A stretch of DNA of 63,816 nucleotides, counting the filler, from Octopus bimaculoides (Eukaryota), in NCBI RefSeq assembly GCF_001194135.2. It is 9 parts of 8 records of this genome, joined end to end, with 100 filler letters (N's around TTAATTAATTAA, not from the genome) between each part and the next. Parts side by side here need not be neighbours in the genome. Positions count along the whole stretch, not along the records: positions 33,565 to 48,646 come from NC_068983.1; positions 48,747 to 51,771 come from NC_068986.1; 7 more parts are not named here. One strand, 5' to 3'. Below, piece after piece: positions 37,982-49,749 of the stretch. Under the pieces are notes generated by a model. The model saw nothing but the letters and a program-made list of their open reading frames with translations, was not told where the DNA came from and made no database searches. The stretch's first letter is position 1; each line of letters begins with the position of its first letter. Position numbers and translations under genes: made by a program.

Positions 37982-38260
37982 CAGGGAGTGATGACCCTGC
38001 CTGACATGAGTCCTGGCTGACAGTACCCGGTATGGGCCCCTCTCCAGGGTTACGGAAAGGAGACAACCTTCAAGGAAATCCAGAGTGGAGCCCCGTAGTG
38101 TTTGACTCGACACTCTTCTGGCAGCTCCTGCAACCAAATGTAATGCTCTGCACTCCTTTGGACTATGTCAGCAAGGTCAAGAGAGGAATCCTGATGATTA
38201 GGCTACCCAGGATTTTCTTACATCTAGCCCAGGCCTGCGCAAAACTGGAGAGGACATGAA
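37982..38260 (+). mobile_element. Dispersed repeat, probably derived from an RTE 5' UTR
   Basis: GC-richer block ending CAGCAAGGTCAAGAGAGGAATCCTGA...CCCAGG...CCCAGGCCTGCGC...GGAGAGG. Assignment from recollection only. Confidence 0.35.
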
Positions 38261-38705
38261 ATATAAAAACCAGACTGGATTAGTTTATGCACAACTCCAT
38301 TGTCTCCCAAAACAAAAGGATGCCAACAACAAATATTCTAGGGTGGTGGGTGAAAAGGTGGAATTGTTAGCTCTTTGGACATTATTCTTTGCAATATTTA
38401 TTCCAGGTTTTTACATTCTGAGTTCAGATCTTACTGAAGTCAGTTTTACCTTCATCCTTCCAATGTCAGTAAAATACAGTACCTGTCTACATAAGCCCAA
38501 GGGCAATCGCATCCCCTAAAACTTAGGGGGAGGGGCAATGAAAACACTTTGAACATCCTGGGTTGGACCTGGGTTTGCACCCACTAAGTAAATTTCATTC
38601 CCATACTGATGCCTGTCTAGGATAGTGAATTAATGAAATTGTTAATGAGTAGAATGTAATACCTCACAGCATTTATTCAGGTTTTTTACATTCTGAGTTC
38701 AAATT

Positions 38706-38921
38706 AAGGTGGTGAGCTGGCAGAAACGTTAGCACGCTGGGCAAAATGCTTAGCGGTATTTCGTCTGTCTTTACGTTCTGAGTTCAAATTCCGTCAAGGT
38801 CGACTTTGCCTTTCATCCTTTCAGGGTCGATTAATTAATTACCAGTTGCATACTGGGGTCGATGTAACCGACTGGCCACCTCCCCCAAAATTTTGGGCCT
38901 TGTGCTTAGAGTAGAAAAGAT
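38706..38921 (+). mobile_element. SINE family B
   Basis: Near-complete copy: AAGGTGGTGAGCTGGCAGAAACGTTAGCACGC...GTAGAAAAGATT. Confidence 0.85.
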
Positions 38922-39024
38922 TCTGAGTTGAAATTCCACCGAGGTTAGCTTTGTCTTTCATCCTTCTGGCCTTCATAAAATAAAAGTACCATTCAAAATA
39001 TTGGGGACCCTTCTTTCTTCCTCC

Positions 39025-39330
39025 AGCTTAGTGGTTAGGATAGTCGGCTGACAACCATAAGTTTGTTAGTTTGATTTCCAGTGGTGTGTTGTGTCCTTGA
39101 GCAAGACAGACACCTTATTTCACATTGCTTGAGTCCACTCAGCTGGTAAAAATGAGTTGTGCCTGTAATTCAAAGGGCTAGTCTTGTTACATTTGGTAAC
39201 CTGAGAACTACGTTAAGGGTATGTGTTTGTGAAGTGCTCAGCCACTTGTATGTTAATTCCACAAGAACGTAGTTCCATTTATCAAATCAGCTGGAACGCT
39301 CTTCGCCATAACTAACGGACAGCCAGGCTA
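39025..39330 (+). mobile_element. tRNA-headed SINE family C, CORE-like centre
   Basis: A-box-like AGCTTAGTGG, then TCCTTGAGCAAGACA...CACTCAGCTGGTAAAAATGAG. Confidence 0.6.
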
Positions 39331-39709
39331 GGCCTCCAGCTGTCATATTTTAGGAAAGTTAAGAGGGGAGGGTGTCTGTGTGTGCTGACTACTACATCAG
39401 ATTTCTAAAACAGAAACAAGCAAAAGAATGATGCTGGCTGTTACCAAGTCATATTTGGTAATGAGTTGATGGCTGACTCGTTAGTTATCAAAGTATGAAA
39501 GGGTCAGTTGACTCTGTCCATATTTAAGAACAAAAACAAAAGCTAACAAATTAATTGGGCAAACATCCAAAATCAGATTTGGAACTCTAATCATCTACTT
39601 TGCGTTCTTTCTATTTCTAGTTAATTTCCAAGGTAATGTTGAACTGTTGAGAAAACTAATGAGAAGCTTCAAAATATAAAATCAATAAAATAAGTACCAA
39701 TAATATCAT

Positions 39710-40099
39710 CATTATTATCACCATTGCCGCTGTCATTACCATTGTCGTTATCATCATCATCATCATCACCATAATTGTTATTGTCATCTTTGTCATCATC
39801 ATCATCATTATGATCATCATCAACGTCATCACCACCAGCATCTCTATCATCATCATCATTATTTGATGGGAGTCTCTACGCTTTTGCTCAATCCACTAGA
39901 AATAGCGGCAAAGTCTATTTCTCAGATCTCACTCCTATTATCTTAAACAAAGGAAGACCACATTAAATCATATAATCTATTCATAGGACAAAAAACAAAA
40001 AAAGCAAGATGGTTTTGGTCAGAATGCCTTTGATCGTTGGTTTTCTCAATCCAGCTCTGACTTGAAACTAAACTACTACTACTATTGCTTCTATTGCTT

Positions 40100-40178
<79 letters not shown>

Positions 40179-40237
40179 CACCACCACTACTACTACTACT
40201 ACTACCACCACTACGATCACTATGACCACTATTACTC

Positions 40238-40278
<41 letters not shown>

Positions 40279-40280
40279 GT
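39710..40280. repeat. (CAT)n and (CTA)n/(CCA)n trinucleotide tracts
   Basis: Directly visible at 39710-39860 and 40070-40280. Confidence 0.85.
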
Positions 40281-40939
40281 CAGTGTCCCATGTGTTCTTG
40301 ATCCAGATTTTGTACCTTCACTGAAATACTATTGTTGCCTTTCTGATTCTGTGTCTTGACACTAGTCTCAGATACTTCACCATTGCATAGGCCACTGCAA
40401 AGGATTTTGTCTACAACAGTTTGGCATTCAATCATCAATTTAGTTTCCTCTGTTCATTGATAAATCTTTATAGCCTTTACACACTCTGCATTCATTCTCA
40501 GTCCAGTTTATGCCATTTCACACAGACAGTCAGTCAGTTCTTGTAGACGGGTTCTGGATTCTACCAAAATGTACTCCTACATACGCTCAGAAAGACAGGG
40601 TGGTCCTGATTGGAACATCTATGATCATTGGTCTAACCTTCAATAATAGGTCTGATAGAGCTGTGTGGAGACTAAACAATAGCTTCCAATTTAGGCATAA
40701 GGCCACACAATTTGTGAGAAAGGTAGAGTAGACTTAACTGACCACAGTTTAGTATAATTGAATATTTTATCAATTTAACAAAAATGAACAAAGGGAAATA
40801 ACTCAAAGTGGCCAGTGTCATGTATTTGAATAACATAGACAAATACAGCTATGTCAAGTATCATGCATCATAAATTCTTAATTCATTAAAATTATCTCTG
40901 CCTCTAGAAGATATATCATAATTACTAAATGACAATTAA

Positions 40940-41332
40940 ACCCATCAGTCATTTTGTCCAGTGTATTGGACAATTTTTCAGCATAAATTACAAAAGAAAT
41001 ATAAATTATAATTAAGTTGAGTCACAGTTACCAATTCACTGAACACCTCTAAAACACATATATAACCAAGACCACGTGATTCTGACTCAGTGTTTTCTCA
41101 CAAGTCATAGAGGATGGCTGCATCTTCTTGTAAATCTCACAGATGTAAGTAAATTAGTATTTTTTTGGCCTAGTGTTAGTAAAATTTTTATTCATCTATG
41201 CCAAAAATTAAGCATATTGAATAATGAATTCTTTAAAAATTTACTCAATATGTATTATTTACCCGCATTTTGGTATAAATGAAAAATAAAAATTAGAAAA
41301 TAGTTTTAATTTTTTATTTGTGACTGAAGGGG
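40940..41332. mobile_element. piggyBac-like non-autonomous element (MITE)
   Basis: TTAA at 40936-40939 and 41333-41336 flank TIRs ACCCATCAGTCA and TGACTGAAGGGG (10/12 complementary). No ORF. Confidence 0.6.
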
Positions 41333-41665
41333 TTAAGATCAGCTTCACTTCGGGAAGAGAGATAATCTCAAGACTCAAGTATTCTCCAAAATGGACACAC
41401 CATTAACGTAAAGGACAGGTTTATTGTTTGGAGATAAGAGGACAGTCATAGACACATGTTTCTTGCTCAATAGTCATTGTTAGCACAGCACAAGCCTAGA
41501 ATAATAAAAGGTACTATTAGCCTTGGCAGGATTTGAACACAGAGTTTAAAACAATGGAACTAAATACTACAAGGCATTTTGTCCAATGTCCTAAACTAAC
41601 CATTCTTACACTCCACCACACTCACCATAAAATAAGATTACATTATGGCTGCTTTGCTGCTGTTG

Positions 41666-41696
<31 letters not shown>

Positions 41697-41706
41697 CACC
41701 ACCACC

Positions 41707-41761
<55 letters not shown>

Positions 41762-42476
41762 NNNNNNNNNNNNNNNNNNNNNNNNNNNNNNNNNNNNNNN
41801 NNNNNNNNNNNNNNNNNNNNNNNNNNNNNNNNNNNNNNNNNNNNNNNNNNNNNNNNNNNNNNNNNNNNNNNNNNNNNNNNNNNNNNNNNNNNNNNNNNNN
41901 NNNNNNNNNNNNNNNNNNNNNNNNNNNNNNNNNNNNNNNNNNNNNNNNNNNNNNNNNNNNNNNNNNNNNNNNNNNNNNNNNNNNNNNNNNNNNNNNNNNN
42001 NNNNNNNNNNNNNNNNNNNNNNNNNNNNNNNNNNNNNNNNNNNNNNNNNNNNNNNNNNNNNNNNNNNNNNNNNNNNNNNNNNNNNNNNNNNNNNNNNNNN
42101 NNNNNNNNNNNNNNNNNNNNNNNNNNNNNNATGTTTCTTTCAGACCTTCTTCAAGACCTTGTAATATAATTTGTAAAGCTTTGTTACACTTGACAAATTT
42201 ATTGATGAATGATTTATCTTCAGTTGAAAGAAAACATATGGATGAGGTGGAGAGATAGAGAGATTTGATAAATTGAGGTTGTTGAAAAGCAAAAATCCAA
42301 AGAAAATTATAATTTAAAATATATGTGTGTGGGTGTGTGCACACACATGCATGTGAGTGTATGTATTTTTATATATATATGTATGTATCTATGTTTATGT
42401 ATGTATGTGTGTGTGTATGTGTAGGTGGGTGTGCATGTATATATTATGTGTATGTAGATCTATATGTATAAGACAG

Positions 42477-42513
<37 letters not shown>

Positions 42514-42904
42514 ATATGTTTCTTATAGATTCGAAAACTGAGTTGCCAATTNNNNNNNNNNTATAGATTCGAAAACTGAGTTGCCAATTTTGACGTATGA
42601 GGTATCAAAAGATTCAGTAATCTTTCAGCTACCAAATAAAGTATGTTTTTTTGCACAAAAACTCTTTTTTAACTACAAAAATAACCTCAGAAATGAGATC
42701 AGGTCGCATAATTTAGAGTTCTTTAGCTAAGGGAGGCAACTCTGCCTGAACAACTTTTATGTCTGAGATAGAGCATAATGGATAGGATGTATTTAAAATT
42801 AAAGAAGAAAGATATCCTCATCAGATCTTCTTCAGAGAATTAACCAAAGCCAAGCAATCATGATGATGTTCTTCCTATCATTACAAAGGCCAGTTGAAAT
42901 CAGT

Positions 42905-43208
42905 CTTCAAAATTACTGGTCGTTGCCAGTGCCGCTGGACTGGCTCCCATGCAGGTAGCACGTAAAAAACACCTTTTTGAGCATGGCCGTTGCCAGTACT
43001 GTGTGACTGGCCCTCGTGCCGGTGGCACATAAAAGCACCCACTACACTCTCAGAGTGGCTGGCGTTAGGAAGGGCATCCAGCTGTAGAAACTCTGCCAAA
43101 TCAGATTGGAGCCTGGTGCAGCCTTCTGGCTTGCAGTCCTCAGTCAAGTCGTCCAACCCATACTAGCATGGAAAGCGGACGTTAAACGATGATGATGATG
43201 ATGATGAT
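42905..43208 (+). mobile_element. SINE family D, 3' body with (GAT)n tail
   Basis: GGCGTTAGGAAGGGCATCCAGCTGTAGAAAC...CTAGCATGGAAAGCGGACGTTAAAC(GAT)n. Internal duplication of about 60 bp (GTTGCCAGT...GCAC.TAAAA twice). Confidence 0.75.
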
Positions 43209-43209
43209 G

Positions 43210-43400
43210 TGTTGTTGGTTATATAATTCTCCCATATGATAATTAAGATAGTACAGAGCGTTTGTTGACGGGAATTCTCCAGTTCTTTTATGCTCTATTT
43301 CAAAACAAAATAATAATGCTGAGATGACAACACCTTGACAGACCTTTAGTTTTGTTTTAGGGGTTAAATGTGTTGTTGTTAGTGATTCACTTAGCCAGTT
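43210..43400 (-). pseudogene. RTE thumb-region remnant
   Basis: LTPKTKLKVCQGVVISALLFCFE resembles the RTE motif TKLKVYRAVVLSTLLYGCE. Confidence 0.5.
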
Positions 43401-43781
43401 TTCCAAATACAAAATGGGTTGATCTAATTCTGTGTTCCATATCCTTTTCTCAAGTACGTATGTACAAAAAAATATTTCAGAAATGTGGAATGTGGTCAGC
43501 TTGTTCAAAAGATGTATCAGAGATGGTGTTAAATTAGGGAGGTTGGCATTTGCTGCAGGGTTGGTAAGGACTTTGGTAATGACTTCTTGATATTCACTGT
43601 AAAGGGTCAACGTGATCATATGCATTTTTTAAGTTGTTGACTATTTCTTGAGGTTTCTAGTGTGTGTGACAGAGAGTAGCATTGTTATATTGTTATCTGA
43701 AAATTGAAATTTGGAGGTGTGTTGTATATCAGTAAGTAAATAATCCTGTATCAAAATACTATCTGATATCAACACCTGTAC

Positions 43782-43814
<33 letters not shown>

Positions 43815-44178
43815 CATACATACACACACACATATATGTATATATATAAAAACATACACATATATGCACACATATACATATATATGTGTGTGTGTGTATA
43901 TATATATATACAGATACACACACACACATATGTACATATGAAAACACACACACACACATGCATACATATATGAATGAGAGAGGTGAAGTGGTGAGAGTGT
44001 ACGTGTAGGAGAGATAAAATGAGAAAGGAGAAAAAGAACACAGACCAGTTCAAGCAGATGCCTACAGATTGATTTATGTCAACAACTATGTTAGTTCCAG
44101 ACATTTGTCTGATGTTGTGTGTATGGGTGCATAGTAGTCACCTCTTCTGCTTGAAGACAAATTACATTAAGCAGCATC

Positions 44179-44231
<53 letters not shown>

Positions 44232-46079
44232 GTAACAGTAATAATAAAGCTTTCTTTATTAGCCACAAGGGCTTAAAAAGTTACAAGAAATACAAAACTT
44301 TCACTAGGAAAGTGAAAAGATAAAGTAGAGTGTGAAAAAACAAGTATACAAATATGAAGGGAAGAGATCAGAGATATACAATATATTGATGGATGCATTG
44401 TGAATTTTAAAGGTATACATACATATATGCACATATATACACACATAAATAAGTGCACTCAGGTATACACATATACTTAAATATATGTGCAAATGTACAC
44501 ATACATATATACACTCACATAGATTTTCACCGAAATAAGTTTAAAGATTACAACAAAGATCATAATCATTAAAATAAGATCTGATTATAGGAAATAAAAC
44601 TCAAAAATTCCTGGTTAGGTTGATTTAGGGCACTCCATAATCCTGTTCACTTAACCATTTCTCAAATTGTGTTTGATTGCACCCAAATGCACCACTAAGC
44701 ATTTTTGAGATGTTTAATGTTGAAAATCATCTTTATCTTCCGCGTGTTCTCTTTCAAATTCGATGTAAGGTGTTAGTTTTAATTTTACTAATAATCTGCC
44801 TTTTGCATGTTGTTTATACCCCGAACTTAAATTTTTGTGTCATTCTAACTGCTTCAAAAGTCCATAGCTCAAGAGATGCATAATTTTGTCTATTAACTGT
44901 TTATTTGTTTTTTGATGAATGGTCAGTCTGAGTTCTTCATCATTCTTTCACATTCTTCTTTATTTTCCTGAGAAGGGATTTCATTGTCATTTAGAAGAAA
45001 TTGTTCCTTCTTAGCTATTTTCTTTGTTTTATGTTGTCTTATTTTTTTCTGATTTTTACCTTCTTTTTATCTTTGTATATTCCCCAAATGTTTGAGAATT
45101 TTCCTGTTGTAATTATTATTTCTTCATTAAATTGTCAAGCTGGTAGAATCATTACCAAGCTGGACAAAATGCTTAGTAGCATTTCTTCCAGCTCTTTAAG
45201 TTCTGAGTTTAAATGCTGCCTTTCATTCTTTCAAGTTCAATAAAGTAAATGCCAGGTGAATACTGAGATCATTTTAATTGGCTTCTCACTCACCTCACAA
45301 TGAATGGCCTTCTGCTAAAATTAGAAAGAATTATTTCTTCTTCATCACATGATGAAGGTATGGAGCTACAAATTGCTAAGGATGAGGTATTCATTCATTT
45401 ATTTGAGATAAAGGGCATAAAATTTCATTTGTGTTATGTCTCAAGCTACTGCTATCTAGCAGCTTTGGATGATCTCTTCTCAACCTCTACACACATGCTA
45501 CTCGACTGTTACTCAACACACCTACCACGGCCAGACTACCTCTATTTATATGTCTTCGGAGATCCTACTTCTTCACCTGAGGGCGTCGACACAACAATTT
45601 GCCATCACCAAAGTTTTGGATGGAGGTGTTCTGCACGCTGGGGTCTGTTGTTCTTTTTGATGTTGCTTATTTTTTTTATTTTTCATTTGACTTGTTTTTA
45701 CTTAATTTTTCCCCTTCTGGGCATTCAACTCTGAGATGAGTTTTAGTCTGACAAATGTAACAAGTAGGCTTTCTATCCCGTGTCTTCCATCAGGCACAGT
45801 GTCTATATGTCTCTATAGCCTTCAGGTATCATAAGGACTTGCAAGTATCACAATAACATTTTGACATATCCTCACCTTGCAATAATCCTGCTTTGATCAT
45901 TTTCTCAATACTAACAATGGATCTACATTGTTTCCAATGTCTCTTATTGTAATTTCTTTGACCCATAAACTGGGACACAAATGTATAGTCAGAGGTATGT
46001 CTTACAATTTCAGCTTGTGATTTGATTGTGTCTTTAGATTTAAAGATATAGTCACTACACCACTACACCATATGCCCAC

Positions 46080-46366
46080 GGGCATATGGTGTAGTGGTTA
46101 AGAGCGCGGGCTACTAAACCCAAGATTCTGAGTTCGATTCCAGGCAGTGACCTGAACAACAATAACAACAATAATAATAATAACAATAATAATAATAATA
46201 ATAATAATAACATCAAAAAATACCTTAGGAATGAGAACCCAGGTTCGAAATTTCCCCAAGACACCTGAAGAAGGCTGGAGGGTATATCAACCGAAACGTT
46301 TGTGTTAACAACAAACAAGATGAGGACAAATATCCGTCGAATGTAAATAATGTAAATAATGTAAAT
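46080..46366 (+). mobile_element. tRNA-headed SINE carrying a hammerhead motif and an (AATGTAAAT)3 tail
   Basis: A box TGGTGTAGTGG (46087), B box GAGTTCGATTCC (46130), internal (AAT)n, HHR motif at 46260, tail at 46340-46366. Confidence 0.8.
46260..46306 (+). ncRNA. Minimal type-I hammerhead ribozyme motif inside the SINE
   Basis: GACAC-CUGAAGA-A-GGCUG...CAACC-GAAA-CG-UU-U-GUGUU. Stem I GACAC/GUGUU, palindromic stem III ACGU, one stem II mismatch and one extra U. Confidence 0.65.
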
Positions 46367-46371
46367 ATTGA

Positions 46372-46482
46372 ACTTATTTTATCAACCCTGAAAGGACGAA
46401 CATCAAAGTTGGCCTTGGTGGAATTTGAACTCAGAACTGCATTTTGCATCCAGTGTGCTAACAATTATGCCAGCTGTCTGCC
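46372..46482 (-). mobile_element. SINE family B, decayed
   Basis: GGTGGAATTTGAACTCAG and GTGCTAAC...GCCAGCT, reverse complement of the family head. Confidence 0.65.
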
Positions 46483-46623
46483 AGAACAGATATTGCAAGG
46501 TATTTTGTTTGACACTTCAAAAATTCTACCAATTTGCTATAATAATTTGGTTTATATGCCACATAGTTGATGGATGGCATTACAAGGCTGAAGTATAAAC
46601 ATAAAGAGAATTTTTTCAGAGAA

Positions 46624-46860
46624 ACATCATCATCATCATCATCATCATCATCATTGTTTTAATATCATCCATGTCTGTGTTTACATGGGTTGGCTAGATT
46701 TAGGGAAGTAGATTTTTCCACAACTAGATGCCTTTCCTGTCACCAACCCTCACTTGTTTTCAAGCAAGGTAATATCTCTCCAGGGCCAGACTTGCTTACA
46801 CAGAAAATTGGAAATGAATGACACTGTTTGTATGACAGTAATACTTGCAACTGTCATGCA
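46624..46860 (-). mobile_element. SINE family D-like, decayed
   Basis: (CAT)n tail on the plus strand, then ...TAGATGCCTTTCCTGTCACCAACC. Confidence 0.55.
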
Positions 46861-47021
46861 GTGTCAAGATGAGGAAACAAAAGCATACTTCCACCACATA
46901 CACCCACATGCATGTGCACATGCACACATGCACATGCACACATGCACATGCACATACACACACATCAATATATGCATATATATATATACACATGCATACA
47001 TATATATATGTACACGTACAT

Positions 47022-47122
<101 letters not shown>

Positions 47123-47548
47123 GCAGCAGGCTCTTTCAGTTTTCATCTACTAAATCCTCTTGCTTTACAAAGCTCAGCTGCAAGTATTGGCTTACAAATG
47201 CTATCATGCACAGTGAGATTGATAATAATGGCATGATGTGTTAATTCACACTTTATATAATGCTTTAGCAGTGTTTCTGTTGGTGAATCTACATTGAGAC
47301 AGCTGTAGTATTATATGCGTTACTCAATCCATTTACTATTATTTATATCATATGTGGGTGGTACTGAAGTACAGGCAGAAAGATATTCAGTTTGTGTATA
47401 CAATTAACTGTATCCAACTGAATATATCATGAGCCCTGAGGCTAATCAGGGAATGCACATTGCACTAAATGTACGGTCCGTAATATACTTCGGATCTATG
47501 CAAGGAACAGGTTCTGAGTGATGTGAACAATAAATCAATAAATAACCA

Positions 47549-47718
47549 CTAATGGATAATGTCTCAATTCGCTACAGCTGTTTCCAATTAATTTTTAATT
47601 GATTAATGAGAACATTACATCATTAGAAAAAAGCGTTTTTCAAATTAGGTAATCTGTCCATTAATCAATTAAAAATTTGTTAGAAACAGCTGTAGTGGAT
47701 TAACACATTATCCATCAG
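47549..47718. repeat. Inverted repeat (arms about 60 bp), each arm carrying GAAACAGCTGTA
   Basis: 47549-47608 pairs with 47659-47718. Arms are related to the 2367-2493 motif. Confidence 0.8.
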
Positions 47719-47721
47719 TTG

Positions 47722-47756
<35 letters not shown>

Positions 47757-48204
47757 GGTGCAGGAGTGGCTGTGTGTTAAGAAGCTTGCTTCCCAGTCAC
47801 ATGGTTCTAGGTTCAGTCCCACTGTGTGGCACCTTGGGCAAGTGCTTTCTACTATAGCCTTGGGCCGACCAAAGCCTTGCGAGTAGATTTAGTAGATGGA
47901 AACTGAAAGAAGCCTGTTGTATATACATAAATGTGTGTGTGTGTGTGTATGTGTGTGTGTGTGTGTGTGTATGTGTGTGTGTGTGTGTGTTTGTGTGTCT
48001 GTGTTTGTTTCCCCCCACCCATCGTTTGATAACTGATGTTGATGTGTTTGTGTCCCCTTAACTTAATTGTTCAGAAAAAGAGACCAATAGAATAAGTACT
48101 AGTCTTACAAAGAATAGATCCTATGGTCAGTTTGTTTGACTAAAGCTGGTGCCCCAGCATGGCCACAGTCAAATGACTGAAACCAGTAAAAGAATAAAAG
48201 AATA
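47757..48204 (+). mobile_element. SINE family A, full length
   Basis: GGTGCAGGAGTGGCTGTGTG...AGGTTCAGTCCC...GCCTTGCGAGTAGATTT...internal TA/TG repeat...ATGACTGAAACCAGTAAAAGAATAAAAG. Confidence 0.9.
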
Positions 48205-48206
48205 TA

Positions 48207-48645
48207 TACTCTTTTACTCTATTACTTGTTTCAGTCATTTGACTGTGCCATGCTGGAGCACTGTCTTTAGTCAAGCAAATCGACCCCAGGACTTATTCTT
48301 TGTAAGTCTAGTACTTATTCTATCGATCTCTTTTGCTGGACCGCTAAGTTACGGGGACGTAAACATACCAGCATCAGTTGTCAAGCGATGTTGGGGGGAC
48401 AAACACAGACACACAAACATATATACACACAAGCATATATACACACACACACCTACATATATATATATATACACATATATACAACGGGCTTCTTTCAGTT
48501 TCCATCTACCAAATCCACTCACAAGACTTCGGTCAGCCCGAAGCTATAGTAGAAGACACTTGCCCAAGGTGCCACGCAGTGGGACTAAACCCAGAACCAT
48601 GCGGTTGGTAAGCAAGCTACTTACTACACAGCCACTCCTACACCT
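48207..48645 (-). mobile_element. SINE family A, full length, tail-to-tail with the previous copy
   Basis: Reverse complement of the same element. The two tails abut at 48204-48207. Confidence 0.9.
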
Positions 48646-48759
48646 ANNNNNNNNNNNNNNNNNNNNNNNNNNNNNNNNNNNNNNNNNNNNTTAATTAATT
48701 AANNNNNNNNNNNNNNNNNNNNNNNNNNNNNNNNNNNNNNNNNNNNTCTTCCGGAATTA

Positions 48760-49330
48760 AAGAAAATTTTGCGATTACTGCCATTATTCTCTTCTAATAT
48801 TTTCTTTAATTCCGGAAGATATTTGGAAACAACTTCTTCAACTGCACTTGCGGTTTCTCTTCTTATTTTTACGTTTTTTTTTTTTTTTCATTTCTGTTTG
48901 ACTTTTGAAATTTTCCACCGAACATTTGCAGATGTAAAATGTCACAGTCATCTATTGATATTGATATTTATATATTTTCAATCAAGAAAAAAAAAACCTT
49001 TGATCATAACATTATTGAAGTTAGTTCGAAATCGCTTCTGATTAAAATCTTCTTCAAACTCGAGCGTTATTGAACTTCAATTCCCAGCACATTGCATGCT
49101 TAAGGATATACATACTACTTCACATTGATCCCAGGACTCAATCTCTTTACTGCAACGAAAATAATTCGAATCGTTGGTTCACTAAAGCCAAGTTATCTTT
49201 TGATCTTTGCTTTCTTTTTATCGTCATGAAACCTTTTAATAATTTCAAGTTTAAACCAATAACTTTTCTTCTCGGTTTATTACTTTCTACAGTGGTAGCA
49301 ACTTATTGGTAGACATGATTACGTTGGAAT
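48760..49330 (-). pseudogene. Old Tigger-like transposase N-terminal remnant
   Basis: Across frameshifts: KPRRKVIGLNLK / IIKRFHDDKKKAKIKR*LGFSEPTIRII (psq HTH) and ETASAVEEVVSKYLPELKKILEE (cf. GEAASAD...ELKKII). Confidence 0.6.
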
Positions 49331-49592
49331 GACGTGAGGTGGGGATGGTACTTTTAATTCCAAAGCATGTAGTAAATTTGTAAATTAACCTTGTAATACG
49401 TCCGGGTGCACTTGTGACTGAAGATGCAGAAGAAAAGGAGGGCAGTTGTACCATTTTCAAAGCGAAGTAATCAAATTTTATATTGAATAAATTAAAGAGT
49501 GACTTCAATAAATTTAGTCGTGATAAAACCGTATTTATCAAAGTCTCGGTAAACATAAGAAAACTATATGTCTACACGAATGTACCTGTGCG

Positions 49593-49635
<43 letters not shown>

Positions 49636-49749
49636 TCTCACACATACATATATATGTATATATATATGTGTATATATATATATATGTATATATGTATGTG
49701 TGAGTGTGCGTGCGAAATTAATACTGTCCAAGAATGATACTTGGTTTGG

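Noticed and set aside
44620-46020. A-rich minus-strand stretches that look like decayed coding sequence
   Set aside because: No motif strong enough to assign a family.
46080-46152. tRNA-like sequence as a real tRNA gene
   Set aside because: The acceptor stem does not close and it continues into a SINE body.
48747-48819. Perfect 21-bp inverted repeat at a contig edge, considered as an HHR stem II
   Set aside because: It lies within Tigger-derived coding sequence and touches a gap, so a fold-back artefact or local template switch is more likely. No GAAA half is visible.
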